From an uncultured delta proteobacterium (lineage in GTDB: Bacteria; Desulfobacterota; Binatia; UBA9968): 64,000 nucleotides of DNA. This document shows positions 38,509 through 49,178 of the stretch, piece after piece. The stretch is taken from contig CAVXEP010000009.1 of NCBI GenBank assembly GCA_963760795.1, forward strand, positions 54,848-118,847. Reading direction: 5' to 3'. The translations under genes and the position numbers were made by a program. The notes below the pieces were generated by a model that worked only from the letters and a program-made list of their open reading frames with translations, did no database searches and was not told the DNA's origin. Numbering within the stretch: position 1 is the stretch's first letter; each line of letters begins with the position of its first letter.

Positions 38509-41175
38509 ATGACTAATCTGCGCAAAATCATCATCGCCGTCGCCGTCCTATTAACTGCCACGGCCATCGGCCTCGGCAGCCATTTCAAACGACTCGCCGA
38601 TAGACACCGTGAACAGGTGCAGGTGGAACTGCGCCACCTGCTCGGCGATAGCGCGCGCTTCGACGGCCTCGATGTGCGGCTCTTGTGGCTGCCGGGATTC
38701 GTCGTGCGCGAATTTCGCATGGCCGACGACAGCCGCTTTGCCGCCACACCCTTCTTGAAAGCGCGCGAAATCATCCTCGGCCTCAGTCTGCGCCAACTCT
38801 TAACCGGCCGCATCGTCATCGATTCCGTCACTTTTGTTGGACCGGAAATGCAAATCATCAGCGACGAAACCGGACTGCTCAATCTCAGTGTGCTCGCCAG
38901 CCAGAGAAAAGAGTTGGGGTCGCCCAGACGCCGTCCCGGCGCGCCGGGCGAGCGCCATAAAAGTAGCGTGCGCTTCGCCGTCGATGAACTCCGCGTCGAC
39001 GACGGCCGAATCATTTATCTCGACCGCACGATCAAGGATCCCGCCGAGCTGCAATTGCGCCGCATCGAGTTGCAGGTGCGCGGCCTCGATCTGGAGGAGC
39101 CCACTCGCGTGCGCGTGGCGGCAGCGCTGACCGAGGGCCTCGGCCAAGACCTGCACATCGAGGGTCTGCTGCACCGCGCCAAAGCCGATCAGAGTTGGTA
39201 TCAGCGCGGCATGGATCTGAAGATTCAATTCGATTCGCTGCACGCGCCGATGGTCCTGCGCGCCTTCGCCGAGCTGCGCGAAAGAGTCCCGCGGGAGATT
39301 GACGTTACCGGCCCGATGGCGCTCCAAGCCCAAGCCGGCGGCAGCCTGCTGCAGCCGCGGCTTGACAACATTACATTGAAAATCCCGCTGTTCGGTTCCT
39401 CCGACTATAACGCCGTCATCACCGGCAAGATGGAGTTTACCGAGCAACGCACCTGGAGCGACGCCAAGCTCGACGGGCAATTAAAGATCGCGCCTTTGGC
39501 GCTCAGCCGGGCGCGCCTGTTGCCGGTGCTGCGCGACCACCTGCCCGAAGCCTTGGTCACCGAGGGTAGTGTCAACCTTTACAGCCGTTTCGAAGGCACC
39601 TGGAATCATCTGCGCATCGGCGCGCTGATACGCGCCGGAGATAGCGAAATCCGCTACGGCGACTGGCTGCGCAAACCGGCCAAAAGGGCGGCAGCGATCA
39701 AAGCGCGGCTATCGCGGCGCAACCAGCGTCTCACCATCCACGAATCCGAGCTCACCCTTGGCGCGGCCAAGACGGTATTTTCCGGCGTGGTGCAAGACAT
39801 CGACGCGCCCCGGTTGTATTTAAAATTGCGCGCCGAAGACGCTCCCCTCGCGCTCTGGACACCGCTCAGTAACGGCGCCGTCACGGCAAAATCCGGCCGC
39901 GCCAGCTGGCATCTCGCCATCGAACGGACACCGCCAGGGGCGCCAACGAATTGGCATATCGATGGCCAACTGACCATCGCGGATGGCGAAGTTCATGGCC
40001 GAGACAACCGCGGCAAGCTCGAACAATTGAACGGCCAGGTGACTTTTCTGGGCCAGCAGGCGCGCATCGAGCGCGCAACTTTCCGGTTGGGCGGCGCGCA
40101 GCTCTCGCTCACCGGTATCATGCCGAACCTTGCCGAGCCAAAGCTCGATTACCAACTAACCTCCCCGGAGATCGACTTAGCCGACGTGCCGGCTTTGGCG
40201 ATCTCCCAGCCGCTGCGCTTGCAGCAGTTGAGCGTCAAGGGTCGGGTACAAACTCAAGACAATGCGCTGAACATCGCCGGCGATGCGGCAGCGCTGCAAG
40301 GAAACTTCGACGGCTTTGCCGTGAGCGATTTTCGCTCAGCGTTCTCCTGGTCGGAGGCCGGGCTGCGTTTTAAGGACCTGACTTTTCGCGCCGCCCGGGG
40401 CTGGTTTCGTTCCGATGGCTTCCAAACGGCGGCCGCAGGAGCAAAAAGCGCGCGCTTGCAGGGCGTATCGGAAATCAAAACCGCCGACTTGCGGCCGTTG
40501 CTCGCGAGCTTCTTACCGCTGCTCAAAGATCGTCTCGACGGCAACCTCAGCGGCCAAACGCAGTACGATGTGCTGCTGGGCAAGAGCGACACGCTGGCGC
40601 AATCGCTCAAGGCCGCCGGCGATGCGACGATCCAGCACGGTGTCATCAAGGACTTTAATTTATTGTCGCAGCTGCTCCTGCGCGGCAGCGGCTCCAGCGT
40701 CTCGGCGGAGGCCAAGGCGCGCCTGCCGGCCGCCCTGATCGAGCTCGCCAAAAATGACGACACTCGCTTCGATACGCTCAAGTCCGATTTCACCGTCGAC
40801 AAAGGCCGCATCAGCAGCGCCAACTTGATCCTCTCGACGCCGGACTATACCGTCACCGGCGCCGGCTGGTTCGCCTTCGACCGTACCACTCGATGGAACG
40901 GCCTGTTGGTGCTGTCGCTGCGCTTGACCCAGGAAATCCAACGGGACTATCGCTGGATCCGCCACATCCTCGACCGGCGCGGCCGCTTGGCGATCCCGTT
41001 TCGCATCGACGGCACCATACCCAACGTCAGGGTACGCATCGAGAACCGCAACTTGAGCCAAGTATTGCGCGGCTCGCAGCCGCGCGATAAAGATCGCGAT
41101 AGCGGCGACGATCGCCCGCCTAAAGAAGAAAAGAGCTGGCTCCCCGACACCCTGGATCGATTCCTCAACCGCTAA
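38509..41175 (+). CDS. AsmA family protein
   Basis: N-terminal TM, long beta-rich body, AsmA-like C-terminus (IPFRIDGT). Confidence 0.85.
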   Translation: MTNLRKIIIAVAVLLTATAIGLGSHFKRLADRHREQVQVELRHLLGDSARFDGLDVRLLWLPGFVVREFRMADDSRFAATPFLKAREIILGLSLRQLLTGRIVIDSVTFVGPEMQIISDETGLLNLSVLASQRKELGSPRRRPGAPGERHKSSVRFAVDELRVDDGRIIYLDRTIKDPAELQLRRIELQVRGLDLEEPTRVRVAAALTEGLGQDLHIEGLLHRAKADQSWYQRGMDLKIQFDSLHAPMVLRAFAELRERVPREIDVTGPMALQAQAGGSLLQPRLDNITLKIPLFGSSDYNAVITGKMEFTEQRTWSDAKLDGQLKIAPLALSRARLLPVLRDHLPEALVTEGSVNLYSRFEGTWNHLRIGALIRAGDSEIRYGDWLRKPAKRAAAIKARLSRRNQRLTIHESELTLGAAKTVFSGVVQDIDAPRLYLKLRAEDAPLALWTPLSNGAVTAKSGRASWHLAIERTPPGAPTNWHIDGQLTIADGEVHGRDNRGKLEQLNGQVTFLGQQARIERATFRLGGAQLSLTGIMPNLAEPKLDYQLTSPEIDLADVPALAISQPLRLQQLSVKGRVQTQDNALNIAGDAAALQGNFDGFAVSDFRSAFSWSEAGLRFKDLTFRAARGWFRSDGFQTAAAGAKSARLQGVSEIKTADLRPLLASFLPLLKDRLDGNLSGQTQYDVLLGKSDTLAQSLKAAGDATIQHGVIKDFNLLSQLLLRGSGSSVSAEAKARLPAALIELAKNDDTRFDTLKSDFTVDKGRISSANLILSTPDYTVTGAGWFAFDRTTRWNGLLVLSLRLTQEIQRDYRWIRHILDRRGRLAIPFRIDGTIPNVRVRIENRNLSQVLRGSQPRDKDRDSGDDRPPKEEKSWLPDTLDRFLNR

Positions 41176-41186
41176 TCGGAACCGCC

Positions 41187-41468
41187 ATGGATTTGCAAGA
41201 AATCTATTTGGAGATCGCCCCCGAACATATCGCCTATATCAAATTCATCTTCGAGTCCTACGAAGAAGTCGGCATCATTCGCACAGTGGACCGGAAGAAA
41301 TCGATCATCGTGCTGCTGGCGATGCCCGATTTTATCGACGCCGCGCGCGCGATCATCGACTCGCTCAAACAAGATATCCCGCTGGCGGAAATACCCCGGC
41401 CCGCCGATCTGACCGACGATTGGTTCATGGTGGAGTTAGCCGAGGCGATGACGGCGGTGCAAAAGTAA
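41187..41468 (+). CDS. DUF4911 domain protein
   Basis: IAYIKFIFESYEEVGIIRTVD. Confidence 0.85.
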   Translation: MDLQEIYLEIAPEHIAYIKFIFESYEEVGIIRTVDRKKSIIVLLAMPDFIDAARAIIDSLKQDIPLAEIPRPADLTDDWFMVELAEAMTAVQK

Positions 41469-41583
41469 TTGTAGCAGGCCGTCATTGCGAAACGTAACCG
41501 AGAAATCTTTCCGGACAGTCGAATGAACAATTTCGTCGCGACGTTTGCGACAGCGGACGAAGCCAGCAAGCTTTAAGCGTAGT

Positions 41584-41664
41584 TGTAGGGTGGGTGGAGG
41601 CGTACCGCGCCGATACCCGCCGTTGGGTAATGATGGGTATCGCGGTCGCTCAGCCCATCCTACA
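41584..41664. repeat. REP-like element (GTAGGGTGG...CCATCCTAC)
   Basis: GTAG-type terminal inverted repeat with internal CGATACCC/GGGTATCG hairpin. Confidence 0.7.
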
Positions 41665-41750
41665 TTGGAATCATAAGCAAACGTTCGATAACAACTCGAT
41701 AGAGGGAGATTGAAATCCCGCGGATTCCAGTAGAAGCTCGCGCAACACCT

Positions 41751-43880
41751 ATGACCGGCAACGCCCAAGAAAAAATCCTCGGTCTGCTCAACAAACAGCC
41801 GCGCGGCCGCTTTACGCCGGCCGAGCTGCAGCGGCGCGCCGGCTTCGAACGCGACGATTTACAAGCAATCATCGACGCCCTGCGCCAGCTCTGCCGCGAC
41901 GGCCGCCTGGTCCGGCTCAAGAAAAATCATTACGCGCTACCGGACCGGCAGAATCTCCTGCGCGGCCGCGTCCACGCCCATCCCGACGGCTACGGCTTTC
42001 TCATCCTGGACGATAAGGACGCTGACGATGTTTACTTGAACCGCCGCGAGATGCGCCGGGTCATGCATGGCGATCAAGTGATGGTGCGCATCGACCGTAA
42101 AGCGCGCGGCGGCAGCGAGGCCCATATCGTCCAAGTCATCGAGCGCGGTCAAAAACGCCTGCTCGGCACCTACGAAGAGATCGACGGTCGCGCATTCTTG
42201 ATCCCGATGGACGCGCGCATCGGCGCCATGCCGCTGAAGGGCGCCGGCGCGAAATTGACGGAAGGCAAAGTCATCGCTGCCGAGATCAGCCGCTTCGGCA
42301 GTGCCCTGTCGCCGCCGGAAGCCACCGTCGTGCAAGTCATGGGCGACCCTAACGATCCCGAGGTGCAGGCGCAATCGATCATCTTCCGCTTCGGCCTGCC
42401 GCTGAGTTTTCCGCCGGAAGTGCATCGCGAAGTGAAGCATGCCGCCTATGAAATCAGCGCGGCAGAAATCGCCCGGCGCGAAGACCTGCGTGAATTGCCC
42501 ATCGTCACCATCGACGGCGAGAACGCCCGCGACTTCGACGACGCCGTCTACGCACGGCGCAAGGGCCAAGGCTACGAGCTTTTCGTTTGCATCGCCGACG
42601 TCGCCCACTACGTCTACCCGGAGACGGCACTCGACCAGGAAGCCTATGCCCGCGCCACCAGCGTCTACTTTCCCGACCGGGCGATCCCGATGCTGCCCGA
42701 AGCGCTGTCCAACGGAATATGCAGCTTGAATCCCAATGAAGAGCGTCTGACCAAAACCGCCTGGATCGAATTCAACGGCAAAGGCGAAGCGATCCGCAGC
42801 CGCTTCTTCGACTCGGTGATAAAAAGCCACGCGCGCATGACCTATACCAATGTCCGGCGTATCCTGGTCGACAAAGATCCCGAATGTCTGGAGAATTATC
42901 GCGATCTAGTGGACGGCTTCAAACTGATGGAAGAGCTGGCGCTGGCGATTTACGCCACCCGCAAAGCGCGCGGCAATCTCGACTTCGATCTGCCGGAGGC
43001 CGAGATCGTCCTCGACCTGCAAGGCTTGCCGGAAGACATCGTCCGCGCCGAGCGCAATATCGCCCACCGGATCATTGAAGAATTCATGATCGCCGCCAAC
43101 GAAGCGGTGGCGCGCGAGCTCACGGCTAAAGATTTTCCGGCGCTCTATCGCGTCCATGCCGGGCCGGACGAAGACGCACTCGAAGCCCTGGAGCCTTTTC
43201 TTCTGAGCCTGGGCTATCGTCTGCCGCAGGATAAAGAGAACCTGCCGCCGCTGGAGATTCAGCGATTGTTGGAATCCGCCCGCGGTAAACCGGAAGAGCG
43301 CGTGATCAACCGCGTGCTCTTGCGCTCGATGAAACAGGCCGTTTATCAACCGGAGAATATCGGCCACTTCGGCCTGGCATCGACCTGTTACACTCACTTC
43401 ACTTCACCGATTCGCCGCTATCCCGATCTGATCGTCCATCGCATGCTCGAACGCGTCATGGGCGGAGAACAGCTCAAACCCAAGGAACGCGCCGATCTGC
43501 TGCGCACTTTGCAGGAGTCCGGCAAACACACCTCCGAACGCGAGCGCCACGCCATGGACGCCGAGCGCGAAATGGTCAGTTTGAAAAAGGCCCAGTTCAT
43601 GATGACCAAGATGGGCGAGGAGTTTAACGGCTTCGTCAACAGCCTGGTTAAGTTCGGCCTCTTCGTGGAACTCGACGACTACTTTATCGAAGGCTTGGTA
43701 AAACTGTCATCGCTCACCGACGACGACTACGATTATTACGAAAAGGAATACCTGATCAAAGGCCGCCGCCACGGCAAGAAGTTTCGCTTGGGCGACAACG
43801 TGCGCGTGAGAGTGGCGAAGATCAACGCGTTTAGGAGCGAAATCGATTTCGAACTGATCGCGCCCCACCAAGTTTCATGA
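41751..43880 (+). CDS. rnr: Ribonuclease R
   Basis: HPDGYGF, TIDGENARDFDDA, HFTSPIRRYPD, S1 domain. Confidence 0.96.
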   Translation: MTGNAQEKILGLLNKQPRGRFTPAELQRRAGFERDDLQAIIDALRQLCRDGRLVRLKKNHYALPDRQNLLRGRVHAHPDGYGFLILDDKDADDVYLNRREMRRVMHGDQVMVRIDRKARGGSEAHIVQVIERGQKRLLGTYEEIDGRAFLIPMDARIGAMPLKGAGAKLTEGKVIAAEISRFGSALSPPEATVVQVMGDPNDPEVQAQSIIFRFGLPLSFPPEVHREVKHAAYEISAAEIARREDLRELPIVTIDGENARDFDDAVYARRKGQGYELFVCIADVAHYVYPETALDQEAYARATSVYFPDRAIPMLPEALSNGICSLNPNEERLTKTAWIEFNGKGEAIRSRFFDSVIKSHARMTYTNVRRILVDKDPECLENYRDLVDGFKLMEELALAIYATRKARGNLDFDLPEAEIVLDLQGLPEDIVRAERNIAHRIIEEFMIAANEAVARELTAKDFPALYRVHAGPDEDALEALEPFLLSLGYRLPQDKENLPPLEIQRLLESARGKPEERVINRVLLRSMKQAVYQPENIGHFGLASTCYTHFTSPIRRYPDLIVHRMLERVMGGEQLKPKERADLLRTLQESGKHTSERERHAMDAEREMVSLKKAQFMMTKMGEEFNGFVNSLVKFGLFVELDDYFIEGLVKLSSLTDDDYDYYEKEYLIKGRRHGKKFRLGDNVRVRVAKINAFRSEIDFELIAPHQVS

Positions 43881-44037
43881 TTGAGGCGAGAATTGGATTC
43901 CTACATTTGCTTCGCATGACAATGGGCCGCGGAACTTGGGAGAGAGAAAAAATTCACACAAGCTTGGGGCTTGGTAGTCAGCAACTTGTCCGCGATGCGC
44001 GTCCGCTTGGCGCCGCTCCAATCGCCGCCGGCGGCAA

Positions 44038-44247
44038 TTAGAGCTCACTTTTAAGCGAGCGAGTTTGTTTTGGTTTTTTCGCTTTGGCTGGCTTGGTCCG
44101 AGTTTTCGGACGATGTTTTTCCTGCCACAACTCCTGCGCTTTCAACCAGTGCTGCAGGTCGGATCCGTTTGGACACCCCGATTCCTGCCAAAGTCTATAC
44201 GCAAGCTGACGAATCTCCTCGTTCCGATCGATCTCAGTGCCCTGCAT
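44038..44247 (-). CDS. DUF2934 small protein
   Basis: IRQLAYRLWQESGCPNGSDLQHWLKAQ. Confidence 0.85.
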   Translation of the reverse strand: MQGTEIDRNEEIRQLAYRLWQESGCPNGSDLQHWLKAQELWQEKHRPKTRTKPAKAKKPKQTRSLKSEL

Positions 44248-44385
44248 GACCTACGCTCCTTCCTTTGATTACACATTCTATTGTACAAATCGGTTACTGC
44301 GCTGTAAAGAATCCCCTTCGTGAAACGCACGTGAGTTTCTTCGGCGCGCACGCACCGGTTGATTCCAATCTCTGACTTTAATGGC

Positions 44386-45387
44386 TCATTGCCATCCTGC
44401 CATCAAGCTGAGCAAATCACAGACGCGGTTCGAGTAACCCCATTCGTTGTCGTACCAACTGAGACACTTGAGATACTTGCCGCCGGTGACCGTGGTAAAT
44501 CCCGCGTCGAAAATCGATGAATGGGGGTTGCCGATAATGTCCGAGGAAACCACCGGGACTTCGACGAATTGCAAGATGCCTTGCATGCGCCGGGACTCGG
44601 CGGCCGCGCGTATCTCCGCATGGACGTTGTCCGCGCTGACGATTTTCTCGAGTTCGACGAACAGGTCGACGACGGAACCATCGGGCACCGGCACGCGCGC
44701 GGCGATACCGTCCAGCCGGCCTTTCAATTCCGGCAGCACCATGCCGACGGCTTTGGCGGCGCCGGTCGAAGTCGGAATGATATTTTCCGCCGCGGCGCGG
44801 CTGCGTCGCCAATCCGAGTGCGGCACGTCGGCCAGACGCTGATCGTTGGTATAGGCGTGCACCGTGTTGATGACGCCCTCGGCGATGCCGAAAGAGTTGT
44901 GCAATACCTTCGCCAGGGGCGCTAGGCAGTTGGTGGTGCAGCTGGCGTTGGAAATAATCCGGTGTTCCGGCTTAAGTCCGTCATCGTTGACGCCGAGGAC
45001 CACCGTGTAGTCGATGGCATCCTTGGCGGGCACCGTAAGCACAACTCGCTTCGCGCCGGCGCGCAGGTGCTGGGTCAGTTGTTCCTTCGCGGTGAAGATG
45101 CCGGTGGACTCGACTACCACATCGATGCCGAGATCGTTCCATGGCAGTTTGAGCGGGTCTCTTTCGCACAGCATCCGCGTTCGGCCATAGGGGGTGACCA
45201 GCTCATCGCCTTCGAGCCGTAGAGTGCCGTCGAACGGACCCATGACCGTATCGTAATGGAGCAGGTAGCGCAGCGCTTCATTGTCGAAAAGGTCGTTAAT
45301 CGCGACCACGTTAACGTCGCTACGCTTGTCGAGAATTCGGAAGACCGTGCGGCCGATGCGGCCAAAACCATTGATTGCGACTCTCAT
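44386..45387 (-). CDS. gap: Type I glyceraldehyde-3-phosphate dehydrogenase (active-site Cys intact)
   Basis: INGFGRIG, ASCTTNCL, TVHAYT, WYDNEWGY. Confidence 0.95.
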   Translation of the reverse strand: MRVAINGFGRIGRTVFRILDKRSDVNVVAINDLFDNEALRYLLHYDTVMGPFDGTLRLEGDELVTPYGRTRMLCERDPLKLPWNDLGIDVVVESTGIFTAKEQLTQHLRAGAKRVVLTVPAKDAIDYTVVLGVNDDGLKPEHRIISNASCTTNCLAPLAKVLHNSFGIAEGVINTVHAYTNDQRLADVPHSDWRRSRAAAENIIPTSTGAAKAVGMVLPELKGRLDGIAARVPVPDGSVVDLFVELEKIVSADNVHAEIRAAAESRRMQGILQFVEVPVVSSDIIGNPHSSIFDAGFTTVTGGKYLKCLSWYDNEWGYSNRVCDLLSLMAGWQ

Positions 45388-46403
45388 TTGACACCTCTGA
45401 CGCCATCGAGCTTGCCATAGTGCCGAACGACGTCGAGCACGCGGCAGGCATGACCCAAACTTTCGTACCAGGCCAAGACTTTGACCATGTTTTTTCCCGC
45501 TTTGAGGGTCGCTTGCGAATCAAACAGCAATGACTGCCGGCAGCCAATGACATCGGACGATACGATGGGATCGTCGGTAACGCCGATCAGCAGCGGATGG
45601 TCGTTTGCCGCGGCCCGCATAGTCTCGTTTACTTGGGCGGCGGTCACGCCGCTGTCGTGCATCACGCAATTCAGATCCAACAACGATCCCCGTTGCACCG
45701 GCACGTTGAGGGCATAGCCGCTCAGCTTGCCGGCGAATTTAGGCAAGATCTGTTCTACCCAACGGGGCGATTCATTGCTGTTGGGGATGATGTTCTGGGC
45801 GGCGGACCGACTCCGACGAAAATCCTCGTGGGCATAGTCCTGCAAGGATTGGTCGCTGCTGTAGGCATGGACCGTTGTCATCGACGCGCAGTCAACTCCC
45901 AGCGCCGCGTCGAGAAAATACAAAATCAGCGCGAGCGCGTTGGTGGTGGCCGATCCTGCCGAGATCAGCCGGTCGGCGCTGACCGCGCTGGCTTCATTGA
46001 TGCCGGGAACCAACACGCGATCTATCGGTTCCGCGGGCAGCGATGCGAGAATCACCCGGCCCGCGCCGGTTCGCAGGTGGGTTTCGAGATATTCACGGCG
46101 TCGATATCGGCCGGTGGCATCGATAACGCAATCGACCCCGAAAACGTCCCACGGAACATCTCCGGGTTTGGCAATCTGCAGCATCCTCGTGCGAAACTTC
46201 CCATTGACCAGATAATTGTCGTCGAGCTCGCACTGCGGCGCGTCGCCAGTGTCGCTGTTGAGGAGATAGTGGAGAATTTCCGGCTTGCCGATGTCCGCCA
46301 CCGCGACGATCTCAAGATCGTCGCTTTCCGCCGCAAGCTGATAAAGGTGCCGGCCGATCTGGCCTAAGCCCATCACGCCGATTTGGATCTTCCCGTTACG
46401 CAT
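45384..46403 (-). CDS. GAPDH-like protein lacking the catalytic cysteine
   Basis: Full-length GAPDH fold (GLGQIG, DATG, TTVHAY, RRSRSAAQNIIP, IVSSDVIG) but SAGSATTNAL; overlaps the gap start by 4 nt. Confidence 0.9.
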   Translation of the reverse strand: MRNGKIQIGVMGLGQIGRHLYQLAAESDDLEIVAVADIGKPEILHYLLNSDTGDAPQCELDDNYLVNGKFRTRMLQIAKPGDVPWDVFGVDCVIDATGRYRRREYLETHLRTGAGRVILASLPAEPIDRVLVPGINEASAVSADRLISAGSATTNALALILYFLDAALGVDCASMTTVHAYSSDQSLQDYAHEDFRRSRSAAQNIIPNSNESPRWVEQILPKFAGKLSGYALNVPVQRGSLLDLNCVMHDSGVTAAQVNETMRAAANDHPLLIGVTDDPIVSSDVIGCRQSLLFDSQATLKAGKNMVKVLAWYESLGHACRVLDVVRHYGKLDGVRGVK

Positions 46404-46984
46404 AGATTCTCTCCCGGCGTTTCACGAACTGAGCGCCAAACTATCTTGGAACGATGATACACCCACAGTTGTGAAGAATCGATGTTGCGGAAGAATAATC
46501 CCCCTAGATGCAATTCCGTTCGTGGGTGGGCTATTTGCACGATCGGCGCCTCAGGCCAATCTTCAGCGGATTTGGTTGTTGAAGATACAGTTCAATCCCA
46601 GCCCACAGCAAGACAATTAGCGGCGCTACCTGCGGCCCCGCGATCGAATGGATAGCGATCCGACCGCGCGGAACTCGAAACGATTGCCCGTGCGGTCAAA
46701 AGGGCTGGTCGATTCCAGTCACCAGCGTCTTTCGACCGTAAACCTTCCCTATTCCTTCGAGCTCTCGGCTCTGCTCAAGCGCGGATCCGCCCGGCAGCTT
46801 GAGTTAAGGGTTCGCGCTGAGGCAATCCGCCTCTGCACGTTAGTATCGGGACTGACCCTACGCAAAGACCGCGCCGTGTACGGGAGACTTGGAACTATCT
46901 CGTTGCGGCGGTCTTTTCGCCACCGTTAGCGATCCAAGATGCCTTAAAACTGATCGCGGTCTGCATAGCAGTTAGGCAGCGCGC

Positions 46985-47230
46985 GCGATTCCCCATCGAA
47001 GCCGTGGATGAAATGGAGCAACTGATCTACCGGGGAAATTTGCCCATGCGCCTGCAAGCTGAGTTCAGCAGAAATGATGCGGACAATCGGCGATGATCTT
47101 TCCGCTCGACACCAACGCTTTCAGCGACCTGATGAGAAAGCATGCAAAGGTCGAAGCACCGCTGACTTCACTCACAGCCGGCGATAGAGTCATCATGGGG
47201 CCGATCGTTCGCGATGAAATTCGTTACGGC
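46985..47230 (+). pseudogene. Decayed VapBC-type TA pair (antitoxin C-terminus + truncated PIN toxin)
   Basis: ..EAVDEMEQLIYRG..RR* overlaps ATG 47093 MIFPLDTNAFSDLMR..PIVRDEIRYG, after which homology is lost. Confidence 0.6.
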
Positions 47231-47656
47231 ACTCTATCCACGACACGAGTCACGCGTGTAAGGCGCACGGGAATCAAGCGACGCTCACGGACGACGAATC
47301 TACGAAAAAGGATTACCGCATCATGGGCCGCTGCCACGGCAAGAATTTCCGCCTCGGCGACGGCGTGCCGGCGAGATTGGCACAGATCATTGCCTTTCAC
47401 AGTGCCATATTTTGAATTGGCGCAGACGAGTACGATCGGCTCTTTGCAAACCCACGCTAATCGCATTGAAGGAGAATACAGTTCAATCTCAGTCGTAACA
47501 TTTTTTGGGTGAGCCGTCGTGTCGGTCTCAACCCAATGGTTAGGAACTTCATGGATAATTGGACTTATCCTCTTTTCTTTTCCTATACCTATACTCGTCA
47601 ACTCTGATCGTCACTTTCTTCGTGGCGCTCCCTTTCAATTAAGGCGAATTAAGGCA

Positions 47657-47681
47657 GTCCGGCTGCAGCGCGTTGTTAGGT
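47657..47681 (-). mobile_element. Truncated attC site (R''/L'' half)
   Basis: ACCTAACAACGCGCTGCAGCCGGAC downstream of the SRPBCC gene. Confidence 0.65.
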
Positions 47682-47731
47682 ACTGCCCTTTTGATAAACC
47701 TTAAAAAGACTGCGGCCAATCCTCCTCCACG

Positions 47732-48178
47732 CTAATCTGGAATTTCGGCCTCGACAAGTTTCGCCAGAAGAGTGAGCGATTCCTGCCAGCCAAGATAGCA
47801 AGCCTCGGCAGGAATGACATCGGGCACCCCTTCCTGCACGATGTTCAACTCAGTCCCGACGGATACCTTCTTCAAGGTTACCGTCACCTGAAGTTCCCCC
47901 GGCAGGTTTGGGTCGTCAAATTTGTCCGTGTAGCGAATACGTTCGTGCGGCACCAGTTCGAGATACTTTCCTCCGAAAGAGTGGCTATGTCCAGTGGTGA
48001 AATTCGTGAACGACATCTTGTGGGTACCGCCGACCTTGGCATCCAAGTGGTGCACCTTGCCGGTGAATCCGTTTGGCGGAAGCCATTTGGCCATTGCGTC
48101 GGCATCTAGGAACGCCCGATAGATTCTCTCAGGAGTCGCACGCAGCACGCGGTGAAGCCGGATGGTGTTTGTTGACAT
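47732..48178 (-). CDS. SRPBCC/AHSA1 family protein (cassette gene)
   Basis: PERIYRAFLD..KWLPPNGF..GWQESL. Confidence 0.9.
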   Translation of the reverse strand: MSTNTIRLHRVLRATPERIYRAFLDADAMAKWLPPNGFTGKVHHLDAKVGGTHKMSFTNFTTGHSHSFGGKYLELVPHERIRYTDKFDDPNLPGELQVTVTLKKVSVGTELNIVQEGVPDVIPAEACYLGWQESLTLLAKLVEAEIPD

Positions 48179-48245
48179 GATTTCATTTCCTTTCGATGGA
48201 TGGTGTTGTGATGCAGTGATAAATGCTCTGCAGTGACCGATTGCC

Positions 48246-48307
48246 GCCTAACCGCTCGCGTTCAGCGGCGCGAGCTTGGGCGCGTCCGCTGCAACGAGTT
48301 GTCGGGC
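48246..48307 (-). mobile_element. Integron attC site
   Basis: GCCCGAC AACTCG TTGCAGCGGACGCG..CGCGCCGCTGAA CGCGAGCG GTTAGGC: R''/L''/L'/R' imperfect palindrome. Confidence 0.85.
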
Positions 48308-48336
48308 GTCATCGAGGCCACACGCACTTGCCGGTG

Positions 48337-48693
48337 TTACCGCGCAATACTTTTGTCCACGGCCTCGGCAAATGCGATGTGATTCCCATCGGGGTCCACA
48401 ATCATCAGTGTTTTGACCTTCGCCCCTGAGTTTCTTTGGGTGGCGTCGATGCCCAGCTTCTCAACATTTGCCACCACTTCTTCGATGTTGCTCACGGCGA
48501 GAGTGAACGACCCACTTCCCGCTCGCTCCGGGAGCTGGTAGACCTGTAACCAGCCACCACGTGGAAACTTCCATTCCACCACCTCGGGCATAGGTGTCGA
48601 ATCTGGCGCTCTTCCGAGGAGTGCCTCGTACCACGGCACGGCGGACCTCAACTCCTTTACGGCAACGCTGGCTATCGCATTATCGATTGACAA
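48337..48693 (-). CDS. VOC family protein (cassette gene)
   Basis: WYEALLG..DPDGNHIAF; a GTTGGGC core site lies just upstream (48712-48718). Confidence 0.85.
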   Translation of the reverse strand: MSIDNAIASVAVKELRSAVPWYEALLGRAPDSTPMPEVVEWKFPRGGWLQVYQLPERAGSGSFTLAVSNIEEVVANVEKLGIDATQRNSGAKVKTLMIVDPDGNHIAFAEAVDKSIAR

Positions 48694-48751
48694 ATGTTCC
48701 TTCTCCTAGGACGCCCAACTACTAAGTGAGCGATTTAGGCGGCGCCGGTAT

Positions 48752-48845
48752 CCGTAACGACCCAAGCTCAGCGACCCGGCCCGCGAGGGCTTGCAATTGC
48801 AACCGGAGCGCAATGGCCGGGTTCACTGCCGCGCATGGTTAGGGC
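48752..48845 (-). mobile_element. Integron attC site
   Basis: GCCCTAACCATGCGCGGCAGTGAACCCGGCC...GGCCGGGTCGCTGAGCTTGGGTCGTTACGG. Confidence 0.85.
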
Positions 48846-48863
48846 ACACATCGTCTCACAACT

Positions 48864-49178
48864 TCATTGGCTTTTAAGCCCATCACGAAAGGCAATCGCT
48901 TCCAGTTCGACCCGGACAGCGTCCATGACAGGAACCACGGGTCGCGCCTCGAATTCAAAAGCAGGCAACATCGAGCAGAACTTGTGAACCGCCAACGGAT
49001 CCTCGCAATCCAACATCATATACCCGCCCCAGTCGCCCACTCGTATAACGAACAACTCGATCTTGAAATTGGCGGGCGCCTTCCATTGAGTGAATACCTC
49101 CAGTATCCGCTTCTGAGCATTTTCGTATTCTGCAGGCGAACCTTGCGGGCGTTCGGTCCACGTGATCATGTATTTCAT
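48864..49178 (-). CDS. DUF3303 family protein (cassette gene)
   Basis: MKYMITW..F..WKAP..GGY..FEARPVV. Confidence 0.8.
   Translation of the reverse strand: MKYMITWTERPQGSPAEYENAQKRILEVFTQWKAPANFKIELFVIRVGDWGGYMMLDCEDPLAVHKFCSMLPAFEFEARPVVPVMDAVRVELEAIAFRDGLKSQ

Noticed and set aside
45384-46403. Annotation as erythrose-4-phosphate dehydrogenase (epd)
   Set aside because: Epd retains the catalytic Cys; this protein does not
46648-46929. Possible intI remnant next to the cassette array
   Set aside because: No tyrosine-recombinase motifs in the frames I could read
47224-47601. 125-aa minus-strand ORF as another cassette gene
   Set aside because: No recognisable family, TTG start, and it crosses a repeat motif; cannot be supported
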